A stretch of 64,000 nucleotides of DNA from Ferruginibacter sp. (GCA_040003235.1 JBDUCW010000005.1:1665-65664); one strand, 5' to 3'; positions 1-9,127 are shown, counted from the first letter of the stretch. Numbers and translations: made by a program. The notes: generated by a model not told the origin, from the sequence alone.

Positions 1-1
1 T

Positions 2-382
2 ATTAAGGTCTGGAATGGACTTGGCAATTTCAGAGAAGACAGCCAGTTGTATACTTGGCTTTACAGGATAGCAACGAATGAAAGCCTTACCTATATTGAG
101 CAGCAGAAAAAAAGGTCATCCTTGTCACTCAGTGATGTGGAAACAGGTTTAAGTAATAAGATCAAAGCTGATCAGAATTTTGATGCAAATAAACTGGAAT
201 GGAAATTACAGATAGCAATACAGCAGTTGCCTGAAAAGCAACGGATTGTATTTAATCTTAGGTATTATGATGAGATGCCTTATGAAGAAATGAGCAGGGT
301 ATTGGAAACAAGTGAGGGAGCATTGAAGGCGAGTTATCATCACGCCGTAAAAAAGGTAGAGAATTTTATTGTAAATAGTTAA
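2..382 (+). CDS. ECF-type RNA polymerase sigma-70 factor, 5' end outside window
   Basis: Frame is open from base 2 (IKVWNGLGNFREDSQL precedes the TTG that the ORF track shows as M). Region 2 motif YTWLYRIATNE and region 4 HTH (MPYEEMSRVLETSEGALKASYHHAVKKV). Confidence 0.85.
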   Translation: MKVWNGLGNFREDSQLYTWLYRIATNESLTYIEQQKKRSSLSLSDVETGLSNKIKADQNFDANKLEWKLQIAIQQLPEKQRIVFNLRYYDEMPYEEMSRVLETSEGALKASYHHAVKKVENFIVNS

Positions 383-415
383 ACTTTTAGCAAAGCATTA
401 CGTCAAAAGCCGCTG

Positions 416-1312
416 ATGGAAAAAATAACAGACATACAGGATGAATTGAAGCAGATGAGTCCATTGCTGTCGGGGCTGACCCAATCAAATCTTTATACAA
501 TTCCTCAAGGATATTTTGAACAATTACCTGAGAAACTGTTGGCTGTAGCCAGAAATTCCGGCATTGTGGAAGATAGCAACCAGCAACAAAGCGATATACC
601 CGAAGGATATTTTAATACACTGGCGGATACAATTTTAAACAGGATAAAATTACAGGAAGGCCAATCGGAGCATGAGTCTGAAGAAGCACTCTCACCATTA
701 TTGCAAAGTATCCGGAAAATAAATCCTTACCAGATTCCTGTTGGATATTTTGAAACCCTGAGCCTGGAAATCAATCCGGGTTTATCTGATACGGCTGCTG
801 AAGAATTGAAAAAATTTTCGACGGTACTTTCCGTTATTCAGCATAAAAATGTATTTGAAGTTCCGGATGGATATTTTAATTCATTAAGTGATGTAATCAT
901 TAGTAAACTGAATATTCAGCCTGCGAAGATTGTTTCAATTGGCAGGCGTAGAAATATTTTTAAATATGCTGTTGCCGCAGCCATTACTGGAATTATAATT
1001 TTTACCGGAATTAAAATTATTCCTTCCAGGCCCGGTGGAGATATAAAGCCAACAACAGCTTCACTTACTGAGATTCAGAAATTGGGTGTTGACCTGAGCA
1101 AAGACAGTGTAAAAATGGAAGCTGAATATGCAAATATTTCTGATGCAGATATTGTAAAATATTTACAGAGCAATGGTGAGGATGTGAATGCTGCATTGGT
1201 AGCAAGTATGGGTGACGAAAAAAACTTACCTAGTTCCGAAGATTATCTTCTTGACGACAAAACACTGGATAATTTTCTAAATAATATTGAAGACAAAGAC
1301 CTTAAAAATTAA
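416..1312 (+). CDS. Putative anti-sigma factor / membrane protein with repeated P-x-GYF motifs
   Basis: Starts 34 bp after the sigma gene. One central TM helix (FKYAVAAAITGIIIFTGIKII), no signal peptide, four P-x-GYF-x-x-L repeats in the N-terminal part. The call rests on position and topology only. Confidence 0.5.
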   Translation: MEKITDIQDELKQMSPLLSGLTQSNLYTIPQGYFEQLPEKLLAVARNSGIVEDSNQQQSDIPEGYFNTLADTILNRIKLQEGQSEHESEEALSPLLQSIRKINPYQIPVGYFETLSLEINPGLSDTAAEELKKFSTVLSVIQHKNVFEVPDGYFNSLSDVIISKLNIQPAKIVSIGRRRNIFKYAVAAAITGIIIFTGIKIIPSRPGGDIKPTTASLTEIQKLGVDLSKDSVKMEAEYANISDADIVKYLQSNGEDVNAALVASMGDEKNLPSSEDYLLDDKTLDNFLNNIEDKDLKN

Positions 1313-1318
1313 TACATC

Positions 1319-1738
1319 ATGAAACGTTTTTTACTCATAATAACCATTTTGACCACCGGTTTTTTTGCGAAAGCACAGGATGCAGGAGATCCGGATAATA
1401 AGAAACAGGAAAAGCTGCAGGCGTTGTATGTTGCCTATATCACCCAGGAATTAAATCTTACTACAGATGAAGCACAAAAATTCTGGCCGGTACACGCCGA
1501 TTTTGATAGAGAGGTAAAAGCAGTAAATGAACAGGATCTGGGTGTGATTGAAAGGGAGCAGCTTGTTTTAAATATCAAGAAGAAATATCAGGATAAATTT
1601 ACACGAATACTTGGTTCCGGCCGTACAGATACTTTTTTTAAAAAAGACATCATTTTCAGACAAAAACTTGCAGAAAGGTTACGTAAAATGCGCCAAAATC
1701 GGCAAAATCAAGGCCGGCCCGGATTGCGCCGCGGTTAA
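1319..1738 (+). CDS. Periplasmic Spy/CpxP-like (LTXXQ-type) protein
   Basis: Signal peptide (MKRFLLIITILTTGFFAKAQ), LTTDEAQKFW motif, basic C-tail. Third gene of the ECF operon, 7 bp after the previous stop. Confidence 0.45.
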   Translation: MKRFLLIITILTTGFFAKAQDAGDPDNKKQEKLQALYVAYITQELNLTTDEAQKFWPVHADFDREVKAVNEQDLGVIEREQLVLNIKKKYQDKFTRILGSGRTDTFFKKDIIFRQKLAERLRKMRQNRQNQGRPGLRRG

Positions 1739-1846
1739 ATAATTTTAACCCCTAACCGTAAATTTACTAAGGAAGTTCCCTAAATATTTGGCTATGTTAT
1801 TTTTTCTTATAACTTTGTAATTAGGTGTTTTTCATAGGTTAGCAAC

Positions 1847-1880
1847 GGCCAGCTCTTTTTAGGGCAGGCCTTCTTTTTTT
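1847..1880 (+). terminator. Candidate intrinsic terminator of the ECF operon
   Basis: GGCCAGCTCT / AGGGCAGGCC stem (9 pairs with one A-A mismatch and one G-U), 4-nt loop, followed by TTCTTTTTTT. Confidence 0.5.
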
Positions 1881-1968
1881 AATAAAGCTTAAAAACAAGT
1901 GGAATATTATTGGTATAAATTCAATAATAAAAATTGCCAAAATAAATTATGGTAAATAACAGGTAGGG

Positions 1969-2715
1969 TTATTTGAAAGAAAATACGGGCGTTTTTATAT
2001 CATGATAAAAAAGAAAAATCCAGTTCTGCTCCTGGCCCAACTTCCACCATTCCTGCCTTAATTCCATTGCTTTTTTCCCGTCATAATCATATTTGGCTAC
2101 GAAACGGTTTTTCATTTGCTGTAACTGTGGTGCAACATCTCCACCGAAAAAAATTAGCTGATCTGCTTCTTTTATCCAGTATACCATATGATAAGGTGAA
2201 TGTGCACCCGTTACTTCATAAGTAATATGATCATTAATTGATCCTTTATCATTCAGCAAAAAAATTCTGTCTGAATTATGCAAGAGTTCCAATTCATCCG
2301 TTATGTAAGAAGGAAGCCCTTTTTCAAATGCATAATTCAATTCATTCCTGTTGATATAATATGTCGCATTTGGAAAACTCAAAAAAGATGTATTTAAAAC
2401 GGTATCCTTTTTTTCAATACCACCCGCATGATCCTTATGTAAATGTGAAAGCAGTACTTTGGTTACTTCCATCGGATTGATATTGTTATTCATCAGATTC
2501 TGGTGAATCTGCATTACTCCTGCTTCGTTACAGAAACCGAGGCCTGTATCAATGATTAAAATATCCTGGTCAGTAATAATACAGAAAGGCTGAATCTCTA
2601 CCAGCAGGCTACCAACCGCCCTTTGCTGCAAATTATCTTTATCAATATCAAAAGGGATAAACTGTTTTGTTTTATCAATGCTGAAAGCGCCTTCACTGAG
2701 TGGAATTATTTTCAT
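1969..2715 (-). CDS. MBL-fold metallo-hydrolase (cytoplasmic, no signal peptide)
   Basis: HxHxDH motif (SHLHKDHAGG). The ATG overlaps the rodA stop by 4 nt (ATGA). Confidence 0.85.
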   Translation of the reverse strand: MKIIPLSEGAFSIDKTKQFIPFDIDKDNLQQRAVGSLLVEIQPFCIITDQDILIIDTGLGFCNEAGVMQIHQNLMNNNINPMEVTKVLLSHLHKDHAGGIEKKDTVLNTSFLSFPNATYYINRNELNYAFEKGLPSYITDELELLHNSDRIFLLNDKGSINDHITYEVTGAHSPYHMVYWIKEADQLIFFGGDVAPQLQQMKNRFVAKYDYDGKKAMELRQEWWKLGQEQNWIFLFYHDIKTPVFSFK

Positions 2716-4061
2716 CGCAATACCATTTGCCGGTCGGCATCTAATTTAATTAATATAAAAATAAGTACGGTAAAAGTAAGCAATGATGATCCACCATAAC
2801 TGATCAATGGCAGAGTAATACCGATCACGGGAGCGAGCCCGATCGTTACACATATATTTACAGATATGTGAAAAAATATGATGCCGGCGACGCTGTATGC
2901 ATATACACGGCTGAAAGTACTCCGTTGTCTTTCTGCAACAAAAACAATCCGCAACAAAAATCCAAGATAGATCAGCATTAATAAAGTGCTTCCCCAGAAA
3001 CCAAAGTTCTCACCCACGGAAGTAAAAATAAAATCTGTATGTTGCTCCGGCACAAAATCACCCTGTGTCTGCGTTCCCTTTAAATAACCTTTTCCCCAGA
3101 AGCCACCCGAGCCAATAGCTATTTTTGATTGCAATACATTGTATCCCTGCTGTGCTTTCTTTTTTTCTCTTTCTTTAATTTCTGCATCAGATATAACTGC
3201 ATTCTTATCTGCAAATGGATTATCCTTGCCTACCATACTGAATATTCTTTCTGCCTGGTATCCTTTCAATACATGTTTAAATGCAAAAGGAACGCCCACT
3301 GCTACAAATAAACTGGCGAAGAGCCAGCACCCGAGAATCAATACAAGAAGGCCATTGTTTCTTTTTACCTGCCGTTTTAAAAAAAATATGACGAGTGCTG
3401 CAACTGCCGAAAATGCAATCACCAACGGCACCCAGGGAATCAATAAACTGACCACCAGTAAAACTGCAAGTGCAACACCAGCGATCAAATAAGCAGGCGA
3501 TAATCCTTCCCGGTACATTGGAATTAAAAAAGCAAAATATACAAGTGCCAGTCCTGTTTCGCCCTGGAGTACAGAAAATACAGCCGGCGTAAAAACGATG
3601 GCGGCGGCAACCAGTTGTGCTTTTTGTTTTTTAAAATCTGTTTCATTTTGGGAAAGATATTTCGCCAGTGCAAGGGATGCAAATATCTTACAAACTTCCA
3701 CGGGTTGAAGATTCATAAAACCCAGTGGTATCCAGCTTTTAGAGCCTTTTATTTCTTTGCCCACACCAGGAACGAAGGTCGCCAGGATCAAAATAATGCC
3801 CGCTAAATAAGAAAGGTTAGCAGTTGCCGTAAAAAATTTACTGTCCGTCAGCAAAATAAAAACAGCCAGTATTACACAGGCTCCAAAATAAAACAATTGC
3901 TTGCTGTAATTTTTTTTGAAGCCCAGCAAACTTTGAATCACATTGTCAGAACTGCGGTATTCCACTGAAAAAATGCAAAGCAAACCGATGATCACGAGAA
4001 TGGCGTAAAGCCAAACCATGAGCCAGTCAATTCCTTTTGATATGGATGGATTTTTATACAC
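2712..4061 (-). CDS. rodA: Rod shape-determining protein RodA (SEDS family peptidoglycan polymerase)
   Basis: About 10 TM helices. FtsW/RodA/SpoVE motifs (QPVEVCKI, EQHTDFIF, LPLISYGGSS). GTG start. Lies downstream of mrdA. Confidence 0.9.
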   Translation of the reverse strand: MYKNPSISKGIDWLMVWLYAILVIIGLLCIFSVEYRSSDNVIQSLLGFKKNYSKQLFYFGACVILAVFILLTDSKFFTATANLSYLAGIILILATFVPGVGKEIKGSKSWIPLGFMNLQPVEVCKIFASLALAKYLSQNETDFKKQKAQLVAAAIVFTPAVFSVLQGETGLALVYFAFLIPMYREGLSPAYLIAGVALAVLLVVSLLIPWVPLVIAFSAVAALVIFFLKRQVKRNNGLLVLILGCWLFASLFVAVGVPFAFKHVLKGYQAERIFSMVGKDNPFADKNAVISDAEIKEREKKKAQQGYNVLQSKIAIGSGGFWGKGYLKGTQTQGDFVPEQHTDFIFTSVGENFGFWGSTLLMLIYLGFLLRIVFVAERQRSTFSRVYAYSVAGIIFFHISVNICVTIGLAPVIGITLPLISYGGSSLLTFTVLIFILIKLDADRQMVLR

Positions 4062-4088
4062 GAATTGTTTTTTAAAAGGCCGAATGTT

Positions 4089-6212
4089 TTATTGATTGAG
4101 CGAATCTTTCTGTTCAGACTTTCTTTTGTTGTCCGGTAAAATCGCTTCCGGCTTTATCATAAGCGCTGAAGAATCTTTTTTCTTTTTCCCATCGTCCTGA
4201 ACTTTTATTTTATCATCATCTTTCACCAGGTCCGGTTCATCTTCTGTTTCAAGCGTATCTTTTATAACCTTCAAATAACCTTTCTGAATCAGGTAAGAAG
4301 TATCTTTTGAATGATCAAGTGAATCAATGCGGCGAAGTTCTGTAAAGATCCGTGGCGGCAATAAATTAAGATTTGATAGTTGTTCAACTCTTGCCAAACG
4401 TGCTTTATCCGTTATAGAATCTTTTAAATATTTTTCGATCATCAGTCCAACAATCGGCGCTGCATAGGTTCCACCGAAACGGCCACTGTTCTCCACCACA
4501 CACATGATCGCGATCTTTGGATTTTCCCGCGGCGCAAATCCACAAAAGAAAGAGTGATTCTGTTGTTTCACTCCACGAAAATAATTTTCAACCGTTCCCG
4601 TTTTTCCGCAGATCGTGATGCCTGGTACTTTTGCTCCGGCACCTGTTCCGCCTTCCACCACTTTTTGCATGCCCTCATGTACCACATCAAAAATACTGTC
4701 GGGAATTTCTGTCGGATCAATTTTTTGCTTGTATTTCTCCAGCATACTGAACTTGTCTCCGCCTGCAATCGAATCTATTATATGCGGTATAATATACCAA
4801 CCTTTGTTGGCGATATAAGCCATTTCGTTGGCAACCTGCAATGGTGTAACGTTTACCTCTCCCTGCCCGATACTAACCGAACGAAAGTTGCAATAATTCC
4901 ATTTGCCATTTCCATAAACCTTATTAAAATAAGCCGGCGTGGGAATAAATCCACTTTGCTCTGTTGGTATATCTATTCCAAGTTTATGGCCAAGACCAAA
5001 AGCATTCATGTAATGATCCCAGGAAGCAAGGCTGCTGTCCACGGTGCTGTATTTCGGATTATTGATCACCCGCTGCATTACTGTCGCAAAATAAGTATTA
5101 TCTGATACCCTGATCGCGTTCAACAAATCGAAAGTGCCACGGTCGAGGCATTTCATAGGATTGCCACCGCCACATCCGTAAAAAGCACCACCGCAACTCA
5201 CTGTAAAATGTGTATTAATCACGCCTTCATGCAAAGCTACAAGTGCCTGCAAAGTTTTAAAAGTAGAGCCGGGAGAATAGATCGCATTTACTGCACGGTT
5301 CAATAACGGCAGACTCGGATCTTTATATAATTTGGAAAAATGTTTTCGTCTTTCGCTGCCCGTCAGGTACTGTGGTTGATAAGTAGGCGCACTGATCATT
5401 GCAAGTATACCACCTGTCTTTGGATCAACCGCCACAATGGAACCAAGTTTATTCTGCATTAATTTTTCACCGAGCGCCTGCAATTCAATGTCAATGGATG
5501 AATACATATTTGAACCGGCCACTGCTGCCGTATCATATCGGCCGTTCTCTAATTTTTCTGTCAGGCGGTTTTTGTTATCACGTTTCCAGTATTGAATTCC
5601 TCGCTGACCCATCAATACTTTTTCATAACTGCGTTCAATACCGGTCATGCCGGCATAATCACCCGGAAGATACCCTCCATCTTTGTGACGTTTTAAAAAA
5701 TTGCTGTCCACTTCGGCAAGATAACCAAGCACATTTGCTGCGGCATCATAAGGATAACTGCGAACAGGTCTTTGCTGCAGAAAGAATCCCGGTTCAAATC
5801 TATACAGCGCTTCATTGATCCTTGCAATCTTTTCTTCTGAAAGCAAAGGTTCAAAAACAGATTCGCGAAGTTTAGTGTTTTTAAAAATAAGGTCTACCAT
5901 TCTTTTTCTGAAAGCAGCCGTATCAATTCCCAAAATATTGCAAAGCGATAATGTATCGATTCCTTTTGCTTTTGCCGGGATCACCATCAGATCATAAATA
6001 TTGGTGTTTTGCAACATCACTTTTCGTTTACGATCGAAGATTATCCCGCGGTCAGGATAGATAACTTTTCGGAAAGTGCTTTGCATACGGGCATCGTCCT
6101 GATATTTACTGGACATAATCTGTAATGAAAAAAGCCGTGCGATGATGACAAGAAACATGGCAATGAATACCAGGCTGATCACATTTTTTCTTGATTGATT
6201 GAAGACAGACAC
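4089..6212 (-). CDS. mrdA: Penicillin-binding protein 2 (elongasome transpeptidase)
   Basis: N-terminal TM anchor. SxxK (SPGSTFK), SxN (SDN) and KTG (KTGT) motifs. GTG start. Acidic/lysine-rich C-tail. Confidence 0.92.
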   Translation of the reverse strand: MSVFNQSRKNVISLVFIAMFLVIIARLFSLQIMSSKYQDDARMQSTFRKVIYPDRGIIFDRKRKVMLQNTNIYDLMVIPAKAKGIDTLSLCNILGIDTAAFRKRMVDLIFKNTKLRESVFEPLLSEEKIARINEALYRFEPGFFLQQRPVRSYPYDAAANVLGYLAEVDSNFLKRHKDGGYLPGDYAGMTGIERSYEKVLMGQRGIQYWKRDNKNRLTEKLENGRYDTAAVAGSNMYSSIDIELQALGEKLMQNKLGSIVAVDPKTGGILAMISAPTYQPQYLTGSERRKHFSKLYKDPSLPLLNRAVNAIYSPGSTFKTLQALVALHEGVINTHFTVSCGGAFYGCGGGNPMKCLDRGTFDLLNAIRVSDNTYFATVMQRVINNPKYSTVDSSLASWDHYMNAFGLGHKLGIDIPTEQSGFIPTPAYFNKVYGNGKWNYCNFRSVSIGQGEVNVTPLQVANEMAYIANKGWYIIPHIIDSIAGGDKFSMLEKYKQKIDPTEIPDSIFDVVHEGMQKVVEGGTGAGAKVPGITICGKTGTVENYFRGVKQQNHSFFCGFAPRENPKIAIMCVVENSGRFGGTYAAPIVGLMIEKYLKDSITDKARLARVEQLSNLNLLPPRIFTELRRIDSLDHSKDTSYLIQKGYLKVIKDTLETEDEPDLVKDDDKIKVQDDGKKKKDSSALMIKPEAILPDNKRKSEQKDSLNQ

Positions 6213-6225
6213 TTTACGTTGTAAA

Positions 6226-6253
6226 TTATAAGTTGTACGTTATAAGTTGAAGC
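6226..6253. repeat. Family F word repeat, 28-mer copy 1 (coding strand GCTTCAACTTATAACGTACAACTTATAA)
   Basis: 26/28 identical to 42360-42387. Lies 13 nt upstream of the mrdA GTG and 22 nt after the mreD stop. Internally a tandem of CAACTTATAA. Confidence 0.85.
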
Positions 6254-6275
6254 CCGATTATTAATGATCCAACAA

Positions 6276-6809
6276 TTAAGCTGTATTGGTACGGAATTTT
6301 TGTCTCCGGGAAAATAACAACTCTGTAATTATGATCAACAATAAACTGAGTGCAGTGGAAAGAAATGTATTGGCGAGGAAATACCAGACATTGGCCAACT
6401 CCCAGGCTTCCAGTAAAAAAAGCCAGCCGTGATGGATAAGTGTAAGCACACTTACATAAATAAGATAAGGAACGAAACCGCCGATACTTTTCATGGAAGG
6501 TTCGTCGTAATTGGTTTCTGCGCCTTCATGTGGTATGAGCAGATTGATAAGGAAAGGACGGAAATACGCCATCATCACGCAGGCCGCTGCATGAAAACCA
6601 TAACTATGACGGAAAGCATCCAGAGTAAATCCTGTAATGAAAGCGATCACCATTAACCAGCTCCTGTTCATATTAAAAGGAAGCCAGAGGATGAAGATGA
6701 AATAAATATAAGGAGTGACCATTTTATTTACATGCACTTTATCCAGAACAAAACTCTGTACGAGGATGAGTAAAATAAAACGGGTGATATTTTTAATTAA
6801 CGGACTCAT
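6276..6809 (-). CDS. mreD: Rod shape-determining protein MreD
   Basis: 177-aa polytopic membrane protein located between mreC and mrdA. Confidence 0.75.
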   Translation of the reverse strand: MSPLIKNITRFILLILVQSFVLDKVHVNKMVTPYIYFIFILWLPFNMNRSWLMVIAFITGFTLDAFRHSYGFHAAACVMMAYFRPFLINLLIPHEGAETNYDEPSMKSIGGFVPYLIYVSVLTLIHHGWLFLLEAWELANVWYFLANTFLSTALSLLLIIITELLFSRRQKFRTNTA

Positions 6810-6821
6810 TTAGTAGTTGGG

Positions 6822-6867
6822 CTAACAGATGACGGTTGTTAGTTGTTAGATGTTTGTTGTTAGTAAG
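6822..6867. repeat. Family D degenerate array (AACAGATGACGGTTGTTAGTTGTTAGATG...)
   Basis: Built from the GTTGTTAGATG / CAGATGAC words shared with 14509-14536 and 24382-24396. Left side of the 187-bp mreC-mreD gap. Confidence 0.7.
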
Positions 6868-6968
6868 AAATCATGTATTGCCGACAGAGTTAATATTGTT
6901 GATAAAGTTAAACATGTTCAGACTTATTAAAAACGCCCTGTAATAACAGGCTCCTGCATTTTGATTTG

Positions 6969-6990
6969 CTGTCATCTGACAACTGTCAAC
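6969..6990. repeat. Family D copy, reverse orientation (CTGTCATCTGACAACTGTCAAC)
   Basis: 6969-6983 is the exact reverse complement of GTTGTCAGATGACAG at 24382-24396. Abuts the mreC stop codon. Confidence 0.8.
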
Positions 6991-6996
6991 TCCTTT

Positions 6997-7857
6997 CTAA
7001 TTGGTTTTCTTTTTTGATTTGTCTATTAATTTATTCAGTTCATCTTTCTGCAGATTGTCGATTGTATAAACATACTGCAGGTTATAAAAATTAGCGGTCG
7101 ATTTTATATGAATGATATAATTATTACTGCCTTTATCTGCCACAACATCTTTTACAGTTCCTATCAGCAGACCATAAGGAAAAGCATCAGTAAAACCGGT
7201 GGTCACAACAGTATCACCTACTTTCACTACAACGGATTGTTTGATATCGGTGATCGTTAAACGGTTTGCTTCTTTACCATCCCAGATAACCGTGCCGCCA
7301 CTCTCCGGAGAATTTTTCATGCGGGCGCTGATCTTACTGTCCTTATTCAGCAGGCTCATTACTACAGCAAAGTTTTCGCTCACATCGGTGATCTTTCCTA
7401 CCACACCATTATTGAGGTCCACCACACCCATATCTTTTTTCAGCTCCTGGTTACTGCCGCGGTGAAGCTGAATAAAATTATCCTGCGATACGATAGAATT
7501 GCCGATCACTTTGGCTTCGCGGTAATACCATTTCCGGTGTGTGCCTAAAGTATCAATGGGAAGAGGGTCGGTAAACATACGGTTGGCCGTATCGGGTGTT
7601 TCAAAATTACTGCTCAGTTGATTGAGCAGTCTTTCATTCTGTTTTTTGAAATCGTCATTGCTTTTTTTGAGCTGGATATAATTCTCTACTTTATTATACT
7701 GAACATTTACGCGGCCCGTAATTTCATTCCAGGTACTGCTGAACATTACATTGTGGTAACGCTGGTAATGAACCATAAAATAAATGCTTAATCCCTGCAG
7801 CAGCAGGAAAAAAAGAAAGGTTGAATAACGGCGGATGAAGAGAAAAACGTTACGCAT
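6997..7857 (-). CDS. mreC: Rod shape-determining protein MreC
   Basis: Start moved from the TTG at 7890 to the ATG at 7857 (MRNVFLFIRRYSTFLFF...). N-terminal TM helix, coiled-coil region and beta-rich C-domain. Lies between mreB and mreD. Confidence 0.85.
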   Translation of the reverse strand: MRNVFLFIRRYSTFLFFLLLQGLSIYFMVHYQRYHNVMFSSTWNEITGRVNVQYNKVENYIQLKKSNDDFKKQNERLLNQLSSNFETPDTANRMFTDPLPIDTLGTHRKWYYREAKVIGNSIVSQDNFIQLHRGSNQELKKDMGVVDLNNGVVGKITDVSENFAVVMSLLNKDSKISARMKNSPESGGTVIWDGKEANRLTITDIKQSVVVKVGDTVVTTGFTDAFPYGLLIGTVKDVVADKGSNNYIIHIKSTANFYNLQYVYTIDNLQKDELNKLIDKSKKKTN

Positions 7858-7923
7858 CTGCAGCTTTCGCCTCCAGGTTGGGAGGCACAAATTTTAAAAA
7901 GAGTTCAACAGGATACCGGTGGT

Positions 7924-8949
7924 TTATCTCATTACAAAAGGATACCGGTCGTAATTCTTTAAAGCAATGCCGGTGCCACGCACTACACTTTTCAGCGGGT
8001 CATCAGCAACATGCACGGGTAATTTGATTTTGTTACTGATCCTTTTATCAAGTCCACGCAGCAATGCACCACCGCCTGTGAGATAAAGGCCTCTCCTGTA
8101 AATATCAGAAGCCAGTTCCGGAGGTGTTGTTTCAAGTGCTTTCAGAATCGCTTCTTCAATTTTAAAAATACTTTTATCCAGTGCTTCGGCTACTTCCTGG
8201 TAGCTTACCATTACCTGTTTTGGAATACCTGTCACCAGGTCGCGGCCATTCACCGGAATATCATCGGGAGGATTGTCGAGATCTTTCAATGCAGACCCAA
8301 CCTGTATTTTAATCTGTTCGGCAGTACGTTCGCCAATGAGTAAGCTATGATAGCGGCGTAGTGCCTCCATAATATCTGCAGTAAATTCATCGCCCGCAAT
8401 ACGGATGCTCTGGTCGCAAACGATACCGGCGAGCGCGATCACCGTGATGCCGGTAGTACCACCACCAATATCAATGATCATATTTCCCACGGGTTCTTCC
8501 ACATCAATACCAATACCCAAAGCCGCTGCCATCGGTTCATGCAGCAGATAAACTTCTTTGGCACCGGCCTGTTCAGCGCTGTCGCGGACAGCACGCTTTT
8601 CTACTTCGGTGATGCTGCTGGGAATGCAGATCATCATCCGCCAGCTTGGAGCAAATAATGGTTTTTTAGGGTAGATCATTTTGATCATTTCCCTGATCAT
8701 CAGTTCGGCAGCATTGAAATCAGCGATCACGCCATCTTTCAAAGGACGGACGGTGCGGATGCTTTCGTGGGTCTTCTCATGCATCATCAATGCTTTTTTG
8801 CCCACTGCTAAAATATTCTTTGGATTGTTCCTGTCGAGTGCAACAATGGAAGGTTCGTTTACCACCACTTCATCATTATGGATGATAAGGGTGTTTGCAG
8901 TGCCAAGATCAATCGCAATTTCCTGTGTAAAAAAATTAAAAAGGCCCAT
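7924..8949 (-). CDS. mreB: Rod shape-determining actin homolog MreB
   Basis: IAIDLGTANT, DIGGGTT and LTGGGALLRGLD actin-fold ATPase motifs. 341 aa. Confidence 0.95.
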   Translation of the reverse strand: MGLFNFFTQEIAIDLGTANTLIIHNDEVVVNEPSIVALDRNNPKNILAVGKKALMMHEKTHESIRTVRPLKDGVIADFNAAELMIREMIKMIYPKKPLFAPSWRMMICIPSSITEVEKRAVRDSAEQAGAKEVYLLHEPMAAALGIGIDVEEPVGNMIIDIGGGTTGITVIALAGIVCDQSIRIAGDEFTADIMEALRRYHSLLIGERTAEQIKIQVGSALKDLDNPPDDIPVNGRDLVTGIPKQVMVSYQEVAEALDKSIFKIEEAILKALETTPPELASDIYRRGLYLTGGGALLRGLDKRISNKIKLPVHVADDPLKSVVRGTGIALKNYDRYPFVMR

Positions 8950-9127
8950 GCTTTAATTGGGGGATATAAGAAAGTAATTTAATGGCGCAAAGTTGATATA
9001 AATAATTTGAATTACAACAGCAAACTTTTTATTTTTCAACAATTCAGTAAAAATATTTTCTGAAAACCTGTTGCTGAAAAATGCAGGCAGGCCAACAGTT
9101 TGAAAGGATAACGTCAAAGTAGAAGTT

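Noticed and set aside
3129-5997. Plus-strand ORFs of 60-183 aa inside rodA and mrdA (for example 3139-3492, 4554-5105, 5399-5818).
   Set aside because: They are antisense to genes with strong family motifs. Their translations are Cys/Phe/His-rich or low-complexity and have no recognisable domains. The same applies to similar shadow ORFs inside purD, mfd, the S8 protease, mutL, the nuo genes and others.
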